From Eledone cirrhosa (taxonomy: Eukaryota): a stretch of DNA of 64,000 bases. Below, in pieces: positions 14,500-28,982 of this stretch. Under the pieces are notes generated by a model, which saw only the letters and a list, made by a program, of their open reading frames with translations, searched no databases and was not told the origin of the DNA. The position numbers were made by a program, and so were the translations under genes. Positions within the stretch are counted from its first letter, which is position 1; every line of letters begins with the position of its first letter. The stretch covers positions 200,942,001 to 201,006,000 of the forward strand of contig OZ024741.1 in the NCBI GenBank assembly GCA_964016885.1. The letters are read 5' to 3'.

Positions 14500-15075
14500 T
14501 AATTGTCTCTACTTTTTGGCACAAGGCCAGCAATTATCCCAGTACATTACTGGTACTTTATTTTATCGACCCCCGTAAGGATGAAAGGCAAAGTTAACCT
14601 CGGCGGGATTTGAACTCAGATCATAAAGGGACGTAACTCTATGCTTCAAAGCATGGCGTCCGAACCTCTACCGATACTGCGAATTCACCGCGCCTATAAC
14701 TAATAATAATTGTTTCTACTTTAAGCACAAGGCCAGCAATTACCCAGTGCATTATTGGTACTTTATTTTATCGACCCCGTAAGGATGAAAGGCAAAGTTA
14801 ATCTAGGTGGAATTTGAATTCAGATCGTAAAGGAGCGTAACTCTAATGATTTCTAGTATAGGCACAAGACCAGTAATTTTTTTTTTTGGGGGGGGGAGGA
14901 TAAACCCGATTAAATCGACTCCAGTACATTACTGGTATTTTATTTTATCGACCCCGTAAGATGAAAGGCAAAGTTAACCTAGGTGGAATTTGAACTCAGA
15001 CCGTAAAGGAGCGTAACTCTATGCTGCAAAGCATGGTGTCCGACTCTCTACCGATACTGCCAATCCACTGCCCTC
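14500..15075 (-). mobile_element. Three tandem copies of the second SINE family
   Basis: gtactttattttatcgaccccgtaaggatgaaaggcaaagttaa...atttgaactcaga recurs three times; it is the reverse complement of 25577-25758. Confidence 0.8.
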
Positions 15076-15593
15076 AGATAACTAATAATAATAAAGCTGA
15101 AGTGAAAATCATGCAGTGCATATGTCTTTATTGGGAACAACATGATCATCCTCAAATATAACAATATCTCTTTCAACAACCGATTTCACATCAAGAATCT
15201 TCCAAAATTTACATATATATATATATATAATTAATACAATAACAGAGATAGTTTAAAGCTAAACTCTGACTGGTAACCATCTCACTCAACAAACATTAGG
15301 TTATACTAAAATATAAACCCAATTTAAGTGTTTGGGGTGCTAACAATATGTATAATGTGGAAAAACCAGTTGTATTATTTTATGAGATATAATTAAAGTT
15401 AAAGTATATCTCTCTTTCCAAACAATTGTTTCATTATAAGTTTTCTACAAGTTTGGGAGAATGTTTCCAGTTTATGTAGAAGCCTAATATATATATATAT
15501 AAGTATTGAAGTTTCCGTTGAAAATTGAAAAAGTCATAGGAGTGAAGAGTGCTCTATGTAAGTACAGAGCTAAATTTAATGTATAATAAACAA

Positions 15594-15806
15594 TACAATA
15601 TAATTACCTCATTACCAGGGGTTTCCCGAATAAGACGAATACGAAAAACGTCACCATTCGTTCATCGGACGAGGCAATTTAAAACATAGTCTATTGCTAT
15701 GTTTTAAATTTTTAATTTTTAAATTGCCTTGTCCGATGAACGAATGAGGACGTTTTTCGTATTCGTCTTATTCGGGAAACCTCTGGTAATGAGGTAATTA
15801 TATTAT
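15594..15806. mobile_element. Fold-back cassette with a hammerhead fold on each arm
   Basis: Inverted arms of about 85 bp. The + arm (15727-15794) reads ccttgt CCGATGA [stem II] GAAA cc-tct-gg TA atgagg. Confidence 0.7.
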
Positions 15807-15981
15807 ATTAAATTTTTCTATTATATATAATACACGTTCACACGGCTTCCATTCCTTGGAACATAACTTAACTACCGGCTCAACCCCGATCTAATCCGCC
15901 GTGACCTTTCTCCGAACTTTACACACCTTCCCACACTTGGTCTTTCCTTCCACGCATTAACTCTGTTCCCACACACTTCTC

Positions 15982-16013
15982 ACCTGAGGAAGGGCTTATG
16001 CCCGAAACGTCGT
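15982..16013 (+). ncRNA. Minimal type-I hammerhead motif
   Basis: CTGAGGA a gggc-ttat-gccc GAA ACGT C; the ACGT stem III is palindromic and stem I is only about 2 bp. Confidence 0.65.
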
Positions 16014-16101
16014 CCCCTACCAACACCCCACTCTCCAGAGCGTGAAATTAATAAACATTCGTTGTACTGCCTCTCTGTTTTGTCCCTGTTCAAATTTTTC
16101 C

Positions 16102-16154
<53 letters not shown>

Positions 16155-16165
16155 ATATATATATA

Positions 16166-16405
16166 CAACAAAGAAGGTGTGGGTAGGAACCAGGTGGATC
16201 ATAACGCACCAGAGTACTCGATACTTAGAGTAACAGAGTGGGTAATAGGAAAAGAGTGAGGACCCCGACGGCTGAGCTCCGGCCGTTTCGACAGCTAGAT
16301 CCGAACTCAGAATCGATCGAATACAAGTAAAATGTCAGCTGCGAAATATGGGTTGTGTCTGTCAAAACGGCCGGAGGTCAGTCGTCGGGGTCCTGATTCT
16401 TTTCC
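16166..16405. mobile_element. Family B cassette (diverged, with internal spacer)
   Basis: Shares ggtaggaaccaggtgga...gagtactcgatac...gaccccgacggctgagctc with other B copies; its spacer resembles 11237-11290. Confidence 0.7.
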
Positions 16406-16449
16406 TATATATATAATATAATAATAATAATAATATATATATATATATA

Positions 16450-16663
16450 TAACAAAGGAAGTGTGGTAAGGAACCAGATGGACCATAACGCACCAGAGTA
16501 CTCAATACTTAGGGTAGTAGTAGAGTGGGAAATAGGAAAAAGTATTACCCCGAGGGCAGAGCTCAAGCCGTTTGGACGGCTATTTCTGGACACGCATTCA
16601 TTTCAGTCCAGAAATAGCCGTCGAAACGGCTTGAGCTCTGCCGTCGGGGTCATACTTTTTCCT
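16450..16663. mobile_element. Family B fold-back cassette
   Basis: Same sequence and inverted architecture as 8101-8302. Confidence 0.8.
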
Positions 16664-16715
16664 ATATATATATATATATAATATATATAATATATATAAT
16701 ATATATATATATATA

Positions 16716-16853
16716 TCTGAGGATCTTGCGATTTCAGAGTCAGGTTTGATCATTGCATCGATGGTGTCTCGAGCTGGTCGCCAGAGAAACGATTGTAATA
16801 TGTCTAATAAATGTTATTCGTCGCACCACTGATTCTCCGTTTCTTATGTGATA
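16716..16853 (+). mobile_element. Family C fragment starting at the hammerhead core
   Basis: CTGAGGA...GAAACGATTGTAatatgtc; homologous to 36782-36925. Confidence 0.7.
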
Positions 16854-16855
16854 TA

Positions 16856-16896
<41 letters not shown>

Positions 16897-16903
16897 CACA
16901 CAC

Positions 16904-16934
<31 letters not shown>

Positions 16935-17299
16935 TAAATATAAATAAAAGAATGGTGTACTGAAGCGGGGAGATGCTATGGAATAGCTTATAAAATAACC
17001 TATTTTATAGCACCTTCGCGCTCAGTCCACCACTTTTTATATTAAATTCATCCGCTCAGCACTTCGTAAAAGACCGAGAGATCGGCTACGTATATGCCTC
17101 GCATTCTCTCCTTCGACATGGACACACACTACCATACTCATGCTACCCTCTACCATTTACCCTGCCCCCACCCTGGCTTTATAACCCCCTATCATTTTTA
17201 TTTTTACTTTTTATTTATTTATTTATTTATTTATTTTTATTTATTTCCTTTACCTTCCCTTACTACTCCACGGAGTTTCTGTCCTCCCCCTATCCGAAC

Positions 17300-17335
17300 T
17301 TTCCTGATGAAGGACTTCTGTCCGAAACCTCGAAA
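17300..17335 (+). ncRNA. Minimal type-I hammerhead motif
   Basis: tttc CTGATGA a ggac-ttct-gtcc GAA A cc TC gaaa. Confidence 0.65.
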
Positions 17336-17896
17336 CGTCATCCACTTCAACCAAGCGTGAATCTAATATAACTGTGTATAATTGCCTCCTGTGTTTCGTA
17401 TAATAGGTGTGTACGTTTAATTTTCCGAAGGAAGAAGACTGCGTAACTCCGAAGTTTCATTGATGGAACTTTCAATGGCGTTGTTAATCATATCAAACCC
17501 CACTAATTTTCGTTAAATTCTGGTACTTCTCCATCGATTTATATCGATCAAGCTGCTAAATAAGAGGATATGAACCAAACTTCACTGAAAAGCTATTAAT
17601 CCACCCGAGGTTATAGTTGAAGTATTGCCCAAGATGACCCAGAGTGGAACCGAAGCCGAAACCATGCAGTTGAGACGATGAATAGGTTTAATACACTTAG
17701 ATTCTCATTTGAACAGACAACTTGATTCTCATTTAGGGGTTAATCCGCCTCGTGGGCCCAGCGGATATAATTGAGAAGACATTACCCCCAAAGGATAGCG
17801 AGGGAGACGCGCTGGAACACCCATTCCTACTCGTGGGCCTCGCTCCTGCGGGTAGAAGAATGTGAAATGAACTTCTTAACCGCACAACCGTCTCTA

Positions 17897-17945
<49 letters not shown>

Positions 17946-18858
17946 GTGTGTGTGTGTGTGTGCGCGTGTGGGATTGTGTGATTTGAATATTTATATATAC
18001 TTGCACATATCTATATTTTTAAAGAAACATGCAAACGCCTGTATAATAAAGCCATTAAATGTATGTATAAGAATATTTATGTTTCAATATGCATTTATTT
18101 GTTTATATATATCGTGTATACATACGCACGCACACACACACACGAACATTCACACATAAACACTTGCAGAATTTGACTTAAAATCAACTTCGTTGAGTTC
18201 CTTTTAACATTAATGTCTCATAAAGCAGTCGCTATCGATACTAGTACCATATCAGACTATCAGTACTTGGCATAGACATACACAAACACGCAACCACCAG
18301 ACAAACACATACGCCAGACACACACGCGCACATGCACAAACACAAACGCACATGCACACGCTCACACATACACATAAACATAAACATACGTGTAGGCGCG
18401 CGCTCACCGACTCTCACACAGACATACACATCTGTTGGCACATTTACAGAGACGTCGCTAAACTTTAACGTATTTAACAGCTAAGCTACACGTATACAAC
18501 GAAAGATTTTTATTTCTTCTCTTCTCTCTACTCTATACGTATATAAATAATATAACCATGTCTTTCTCTGTGTGTGTTTATATATCTACTTGCCTTGGTT
18601 ATTGGTTTATTCAGTGAAGCCATCTGTCCATACTCACTGGGATTACTAAACTGTCTGTGGCTCGTCAAACATTAAGGAAGCTTTTTTTATTCTTCTCATC
18701 CTATTGACCACTGCACATTATCAATGATTCGACGTTATTGCTAAATATTGTCTGTTGCAAACACTCTCTCATACATGTGAGTAGCGAATATTTTTTTAAA
18801 GACTATATTTTTGTACCTATGTTAAGATTCTCTCTCTCTCGTTCTATCTGTATCTCTC

Positions 18859-19010
<152 letters not shown>

Positions 19011-19178
19011 TCTCTCTCACTCTCGATGTCTCTCTCATCATATATTTATTAACTTTATTAATGTGTGTATACCACGTACACATATGTATACATATGTAGA
19101 AATATATCGCCACATACTTACTGTGGGATGTTTATAAATATATTACTAATATTTATACTTATATATTTAATTATTTAT

Positions 19179-19220
<42 letters not shown>

Positions 19221-19428
19221 CCACACTTACACACGCACACGCTAAAACACACACACACAAGCACACACACATATATATACGTCACATCAGTTTGTATCTG
19301 TGTGTATATATGCATGTATGTATGTTACGTATGAATGCATGAATGTTTCTATGTATATACGTATATCTATCTATCTATCTATCTCTCTATATATGTTTAT
19401 ATATATATATATGTGTGTGTGTATGCGC

Positions 19429-19516
<88 letters not shown>

Positions 19517-19615
19517 CGGTGTGTCTGCGCAAGCGTGTGTATGTGTATTTATTATAGCTGTGTATGGTTTTATAGATATTGGTAAAAAGTTATCTGATAT
19601 AGAATTTAATATTTA

Positions 19616-19671
<56 letters not shown>

Positions 19672-19678
19672 CACAGAG

Positions 19679-19842
<164 letters not shown>

Positions 19843-20024
19843 TGTTTGTATGGGTGTATACATGCATGTATTAAGTATATTACTCTCTAAAATGCTCGGT
19901 GTAGGGGTGGGGGTTGTGTGTGTGTGTCTAGCTGTGTATAATGATATATTGGTAAAAAGTTATGATATGGAATTTAATGTTTAAAGTCGATGTTTAATAA
20001 ACGATGACACATATATATATATAC

Positions 20025-20072
<48 letters not shown>

Positions 20073-20217
20073 TGAGAGAGAGAGAGAGGAAATACTGTAT
20101 ATATTTTATCAAATGATTCTATGGACGTACTTTATTGTATATATATATATATATATATGTATGTATATATATATGTATATATATATATATATGTATGTAT
20201 GCATATATATATATATG

Positions 20218-20366
<149 letters not shown>

Positions 20367-20394
20367 GTATATATAGTTACATATATATATACAA

Positions 20395-20463
<69 letters not shown>

Positions 20464-20726
20464 CAGACCTACATACACAACACACACACCCATATATATA
20501 TATCTGTATGTGAGTGTGTATGAATGTATGTATGTATGTATGTATGTATGTATGTATGTATATATGTGTGTGTGTATGAATCTATGTATGTATGTATATA
20601 TATGTGTGTGTATGTATGCATGTATATATGTAAGTGTGTATGAATGTATGTATGTATATATGTGTATGTGTATGTATGTATGTAAATGCACAAGTATATA
20701 TGTATGAAAATATGTGGGTACATATG

Positions 20727-20761
<35 letters not shown>

Positions 20762-20815
20762 TTATATTACTTTTTCTATCACTGAAGTTCCAAGTCCCTG
20801 AAGTGAGAGACCATG

Positions 20816-20881
<66 letters not shown>

Positions 20882-20912
20882 TATATATATTATATATATA
20901 TATATATATATA

Positions 20913-21045
20913 CGTTATTCCGGTTGAATCGGAGGTAACCACAGTAAGTAAGGTACTCAATACATAGCAGAGTATAAAAGTTTTAATATAGATGAGATTC
21001 TACAGGACTAGAACTGTTTCATTCATTAGAAATCATCAGGAATCT

Positions 21046-21047
<2 letters not shown>
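20913..21047 (-). mobile_element. Family A cassette with a complete type-I hammerhead (20994-21046, -)
   Basis: Minus strand: gagattc CTGATGA t ttc-taat-gaa t GAAA cag-ttctagtc-ctg TA gaatctc; (AT)n on both sides. Confidence 0.8.
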
Positions 21048-21095
<48 letters not shown>

Positions 21096-21301
21096 ATATA
21101 TACACACACATATATACATGATAAACATATATATATATCTAAATATATATAAATTCATACTTATATATGTGTGTTTTGCTTGTTTCATTTAACTATTATA
21201 GATATAGTTAAATGAAACAAGCAAAACACAGGAGGCAATTTTACACACACATATATATGTATTTATATATATATAAATATAAATATATATGTATGTAAAT
21301 G

Positions 21302-21513
21302 TGAAGGCGTGTGGGTGAGTGGTTAGACTATTGGATTTGCAATCGTAAGGTATTGAGTTCGATTCCTGGACCAGGCGATGCGTTATGCCCTTGAGCAAGA
21401 CACTTTATTTCACGTTGCTACTTCTACCTGGAGTTGCGACCGATAGAAACCAATTGGAAAGACCAACGGAAACATTGTTTCCTCGGTCCGATTTGACGAG
21501 CGTCAATCGTTCC
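21302..21513 (+). mobile_element. tRNA-like SINE
   Basis: A-box-like tgagtggttaga and B-box-like gagttcgattcc; a reverse copy lies at 50680-50897. Confidence 0.75.
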
Positions 21514-21764
21514 TTTATATATATATGTGTGTGTGTGTGTATATATATATGTGTGTGTTTATATGTATATATATGTATATATATATGTATATATGTATAT
21601 ATATATATATGTATATACATATATATATATGTATATATATGTACATATATATATATATATACATACATATATATATATAACATACACACACACATATATG
21701 AACATATGTACAAATATACATATGTACATATATATATATGTGTGTGTATATATATGTGTATATA

Positions 21765-21831
<67 letters not shown>

Positions 21832-21852
21832 GTGTGTATATATATATATATA

Positions 21853-22051
21853 AAGGTTTATATAGAAGGCTTCTGCATGACTAAAACAATTTCTTTTATA
21901 TGAAATCTTCAGGAATGTCTAATGACTTCATACAAATGAAACAGTTCTAGTCCTGTAGAAACTTTTTCTAAATAAAATTGTGTCATCACTCTACACAAGT
22001 ATTGAGTGCCTTATTTACTGTGATTACCCCCCGACTAAACTCGGGATCAAC
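21853..22051. mobile_element. Family A fold-back cassette, degenerate
   Basis: tgaaacagttctagtcctgtagaa...gtattgagtgcc...actgtgattacc, with a decayed inverted arm upstream. Confidence 0.65.
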
Positions 22052-22142
<91 letters not shown>

Positions 22143-22311
22143 TAGATAGATAGATAGAAACACAAACAAACACACACAAACTCACACACACACATATATA
22201 TATATGTATATATATATATATATGTATATATACATACATACACATATATACACATATATATATATGTACACACAAACTTACACATATATACACATATATA
22301 TATATATATCC

Positions 22312-22394
<83 letters not shown>

Positions 22395-22770
22395 AGTAAT
22401 ACTTCCTACTGACTGGTGTCCCAAACTTTGTCTGTAGGGGTATTTTACCCTGTTTTCTAATCCCTTATTTAGAGTCTTCGACTGCACTTCGTTGTTTTCT
22501 CCACTTCGGATTTCCACATCTTACATATAACATAGGTACTATACATTTGGAATTGATGTCTGTACATCTATTACATAACTCTACTCTGTAATTTCGACGT
22601 ATACATGAATATATATATATATGTGTGTGTATATACAGAGAGAGAAATATATATATATGTATATATATATATATAAATACATTTCCAACTTCTTTTTCCT
22701 ATACTTCTACCCATGTTGGTTTTAAAACGAATCTTACTTTGTTTGTATATATGTATATATATATATATAC

Positions 22771-22827
<57 letters not shown>

Positions 22828-22830
<3 letters not shown>

Positions 22831-23022
22831 CGAAGGAAATGTGGTAAGGAACCAGATGGACCATAACGCACCAAAGTACTCAATACTTAGTGTAGTAGAG
22901 TGGGTAATAGGAACAAGTATGACCCCGACGGCAGAGCTCAATCCGTTTCGACGGCTAATTCTGAGTCCAGAATTAGCCGTCGAAACGGCTTGAGCTCTGC
23001 CGTCGGGGTTATACTTGCTCCT
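22828..23022. mobile_element. Family B fold-back cassette
   Basis: Palindrome centred on ctgagtccag (about 22965), flanked by (AT)n. Confidence 0.8.
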
Positions 23023-23107
23023 ATATATATATATATATATATATACATATGTGTATATGGGTGTATTCAAATATATAGATGAAAAATGAACTTTTAAATC
23101 ATTTTGC

Positions 23108-23440
<333 letters not shown>

Positions 23441-23622
23441 ATATATGTATGTATGTATATATGTATGTATGCATGTATGTATATATGTATGCATGTATGT
23501 ATATATGTATGCACTCACATTTAAACACATTCACACACACATATAGAGAGAGAGTAAAAAAGAAATATACTAAACATATACTTACACACACAACTTTACA
23601 TATATATAAACACATACACATA

Positions 23623-23655
<33 letters not shown>

Positions 23656-23657
<2 letters not shown>

Positions 23658-23711
23658 GAACCAGTAAGACCCCGACAGCTGAGCTCAAGCCGTTTCGACG
23701 GCTAATTCTAA
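23656..23711. mobile_element. Family B half cassette
   Basis: ggaaccagtaagaccccgacagctgagctcaagccgtttcgacggctaattct. Confidence 0.7.
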
Positions 23712-23724
23712 ACACATACACATA

Positions 23725-23792
<68 letters not shown>

Positions 23793-23825
23793 CACGTACA
23801 CATATATATATAAGTATATATACAT

Positions 23826-23887
<62 letters not shown>

Positions 23888-23910
23888 ATACATTATATAC
23901 ATATATAAAC

Positions 23911-24058
<148 letters not shown>

Positions 24059-24082
24059 ATACATATATTTAAGTATATACAC

Positions 24083-24113
<31 letters not shown>

Positions 24114-24120
24114 CCTATAC

Positions 24121-24155
<35 letters not shown>

Positions 24156-24543
24156 ATATATATATATATATATACCTATATATATATATACCTATATATA
24201 TATATATATATATATATACATTTATATATCAGTGTGATTAACGAGTTCGCTTCGCCAGCATGTATTTGCGTGTAGCAGATAGGTTACGTTTTTTTCTACT
24301 AAAACAAATGCGTTGTGAATGGAACTTGGTAGACGGAAAATCAGCAAAGCCTTTTATATATGTGGATGGCCCCACCTGTGTTAGTGTCGACAGAAAGAAA
24401 TGATGAAACAAGTACCTGACATGAAATATATTATTTCTAGGTTCGATATAATCGATGTATTCTTTTAAGTTGGTGACCCAGCTTAGCCTCAATCTAATAA
24501 CTGTAACTAACTACTAAAAAAAGTATAAAAGAATAAAAAAAAA

Positions 24544-24597
<54 letters not shown>

Positions 24598-24967
24598 GAA
24601 CTAGCTGTTGAAGCGACAAGAACCCATCCGCCGCGATCCCGACTCTTTATAATATATATATATATATAAGGAAAAGAAATTGAAAATGCAACTGGAGTCT
24701 TTTAAGAATATTTATCTATTTACTTTACCAGTATTACAGTTCTTATGCTTTTCAAAAGTAAAATTGACATAGAGGGTTTGTGTTTCTGTTGTAGTTATAT
24801 AAATATATATATGTAAAATTAGAAAATAAGTTACATGAATACACACACCTTCCTTCACTGTAAAAGAAGGAACAGCATTTATTACCTAATGTTTACATAT
24901 GTTTCATTAATATGTGAAATCCTGAAAAGATATTTCTATTATGTTAACAATATCTTCGTACATCAAC

Positions 24968-25053
<86 letters not shown>

Positions 25054-25224
25054 GTGAGAGGGGGAGAGATAGGGGTAGAAAGGGAAAGAGTAGTTCCACG
25101 ACAAATTAGCAAACAATACTCGAAGACGTGCGTTTCAGTGAGCGGCTTTTCAACCCGTGTATAGCAGACATACACGGGTTTAAAATGCCTTCGGACTGAG
25201 TGCTCTACTTACCACTTTTTTTAC

Positions 25225-25316
<92 letters not shown>

Positions 25317-25454
25317 CACAGTGCAGTGAATTTCGTAAAAGGTATATCCAAATTTGGCAAAGCGCTCAGTTGGGGGGACAAGTTGTAATATATAAAATTT
25401 TATTTAATTCACATATTCATGATGAAAATTTGAATTTAACCATATTTTGTCTGA

Positions 25455-25542
25455 GCGCCCGATGAGAGGTCAGTTTTGAAGAGGCTTGCTTCTCCACTAT
25501 ACAGTGATGGCCATGACTGGACCTCGAAACCCAAGGTCACGA
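25455..25542 (+). ncRNA. Hammerhead-like motif with extended stem II
   Basis: CCGATGA gaggtc...gacctc GAAA cc-caa-gg TC; stem I is weak. Confidence 0.5.
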
Positions 25543-25576
25543 ATATGAAGATCTATTTAAGCTATATTATATATAT

Positions 25577-25756
25577 TGGATTGGCAGTATCGGTAGAGGT
25601 TCGGACGCCATGCTTTGACGCATAGAGTTACGGCCCTTGCCATTCTGAGTTCAAATCCCGCCGAGGTTAACTTTGCCTTTCATCCTTACGGGGTCGATAA
25701 AATAAAGTACCAGTAATGTACTGGTAATTTTCTGGCCTTGTGCCAATAGTAGAAAC

Positions 25757-25758
<2 letters not shown>
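25577..25758 (+). mobile_element. SINE (second family), near full length
   Basis: ttggcagtatcggtagagg...ctgagttcaaatccc...ctttcatccttacggggtcgataaaataaagtaccag; near-identical to 47316-47497. Confidence 0.8.
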
Positions 25759-25817
<59 letters not shown>

Positions 25818-25920
25818 CACATATATATATATAAACATACATATATATATAAACATACATATATATATACATAAATATATACATATATATATATATACAT
25901 ACATACATATATATTACGTA

Positions 25921-25961
<41 letters not shown>

Positions 25962-26352
25962 ATAGTAGTAGTAATAATAATATATCTTTAAATTCATAAT
26001 AGGAAAATTGCTGTTGTTTCAAAAAACATTTAGTCACTGTAACATATTTAACAGTATATACCCGAAACCTACGTTCAATACGTAATTCATATTATCCATT
26101 ATCTTTAAATGTTCTCGAGTGATTTGTCATGATATTTTATTAATCGTTTATAATTTTAATAAACTCTGATGATATCTAGGGTTTGTACTGACAGAAGATT
26201 GTTAAATAGAATAATTTGCTGTTAAATGTACATTCTGGTAGAAAGAGACAATTGTCCGTAATTAAATATCTTAAACTTTTAAAATTGGTTAATAACTATA
26301 TTACAATTATATACTTACACACACACACATATATATATATATGCGTATGTAT

Positions 26353-26394
<42 letters not shown>

Positions 26395-26458
26395 ATTAAG
26401 AGGGACGACGCTATGTGGTTACTGATAACGAGTGTTAGAAAGTAAAGGGTCACAAACA

Positions 26459-26503
<45 letters not shown>

Positions 26504-26566
26504 TATGTATGTGCATATATATATATATATATATATCAGTAACCACATAGCGTCGTCCCTCTTAAT

Positions 26567-26618
<52 letters not shown>

Positions 26619-26682
26619 ATTAAGAGGGACGACGCTATGTGGTTACTGATAACGAGTGTTAGAAAGTAAAGGGTCACAAACA

Positions 26683-26768
<86 letters not shown>

Positions 26769-27068
26769 CAGTTATCGTTTCCATATCGTCAAAAAATGCA
26801 TACATTACATCTCGGATTGCATAAGGGAACCATTGAAATAATTATAATGAATAAACGATTTATGTAATATCAGCTTCTTTTTTAACGTTATTCTTATACT
26901 GAATCTCCATCGTAACTACTCTACGAGTGTACAGGGCTTTCTCCTGATTACTCCTTTTACTGAACACACACACAAAAACACACACACACACTTCTGTTTA
27001 TATATAAATAAATTTAGATCTATGTATATGCATATATGTATATATATATATACGTATACATATATATA

Positions 27069-27244
<176 letters not shown>

Positions 27245-27307
27245 CATATGTATGTATATATATATATATTATATATATGTGTGTGTATGTATGTGTATAT
27301 ATATATA

Positions 27308-27340
<33 letters not shown>

Positions 27341-27367
27341 GTGTGTATATATATATATATATGCATG

Positions 27368-27434
<67 letters not shown>

Positions 27435-27452
27435 GTATGTATATATATGTGT

Positions 27453-27492
<40 letters not shown>

Positions 27493-27497
27493 ATATA

Positions 27498-27562
<65 letters not shown>

Positions 27563-27709
27563 CTATGTAATAAACAACATAATATAATTATTTCATTTAC
27601 ATAACCAATAAGCTCTGTAGCCTACATAGAGCACTCTTTTTTCCTGTACCTTTCTAACGGAAATACTTCTTCATTTTCACACACTCACACACACACACAC
27701 ACACACACT

Positions 27710-27774
<65 letters not shown>

Positions 27775-27844
27775 TAAGATGAAAAGATGGTTAAAAGAGT
27801 TCCATGTATTTTATTATAACATATATATATATATATATATATTT

Positions 27845-28042
27845 TATTTTATAGAAGGAGCTTCTACAGGACTAGTACTGTTTCATTCAGATGAAATCTT
27901 CAGGAAGCTTCCTGAAGATTTCATCTGAATGAAACAGTACTAGTCCTGTAGAAGCTCCTTCTATAAAATAAAAAATGTTTACTCTGCCATGTATTGAGTA
28001 CCTTACTTACTGTGGTTATCCCCGACTCAACCCGGGACCTAC
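27845..28042. mobile_element. Family A cassette: palindrome with a complete hammerhead on both strands
   Basis: Centre is AAGCTT at 27905-27910. The + strand reads agcttc CTGAAGA t ttc-atct-gaa t GAAA cag-tactagtc-ctg TA gaagct, mirrored on -. Confidence 0.85.
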
Positions 28043-28099
<57 letters not shown>

Positions 28100-28544
28100 T
28101 ATGTATGTACTTTTTCAATCACTGAAAATCGGATCCCCGGTGCGTCTGCGTCTATTAGCACATGTTTGCATGTTGGTGTATGCGTGCGAGTAAGTGGGGG
28201 AGCGAGAAGGGTGTGGATGAATGACAAATGATGTATTCTATTATAATATATAATCGTAAATAGACTGTAGAATGCCAGTTATGGTAGCTGACGATAATGG
28301 TGGTGGCGGTTGTTGTAGTAGCGGCGTTGGTGGTGGTGGTGGTGGTGGCAACAGAACCGGCTGGGGCAACGATAGCCCTTTTATTTTGTTATACTTTTTT
28401 TTATTTTTTATTTTTTATTTTTTATTTTTATTTAGTCTTCTGCCAAATAACAACAATGACAACAGAAGTGTATTTTAGGTTACTATACTGAAACTCTTAA
28501 CAAGAGCTATAAGGGCATTCACCAATACTGTTTCTGCTGGTCTC

Positions 28545-28644
28545 ACCACCACCACCACCACCACCACTACTACTACTACTATTACTACTACTTCTACTAC
28601 TACTTCTACTACTACTGCTGCTGCTACTGCTACTGCTGCTGCTG

Positions 28645-28695
<51 letters not shown>

Positions 28696-28751
28696 GTAGT
28701 AGTAGTAGTAGTAGTACAACAACAACAACAATAACAACAACAACAACAACA

Positions 28752-28791
<40 letters not shown>

Positions 28792-28938
28792 GTAGTAGTA
28801 AGCTTGGTGGTGGCGGCGTCGGCGTCGCGTCGGTTCTAGGGTCTGACTATTAGTATTGGTATACCACCACTAGTAACAGCAACTACTAATAGTTCCCTTA
28901 CTACTGTCATTACTATCATCAATAATAACACCACCACC

Positions 28939-28970
<32 letters not shown>

Positions 28971-28982
28971 TAATAATAATAT
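28545..28982. repeat. Compound trinucleotide repeat block (CAC/TAC/TGC/TAG/AAC/TAA)
   Basis: Direct reading of the sequence. Confidence 0.9.

Noticed and set aside
21302-21375. tRNA gene
   Set aside because: A/B boxes are present but continue into a SINE body with dispersed copies; no clean cloverleaf.
26164-26266. Hammerhead starting at CTGATGA 26166
   Set aside because: A long stem II is plausible, but stems I and III do not close properly around the core.
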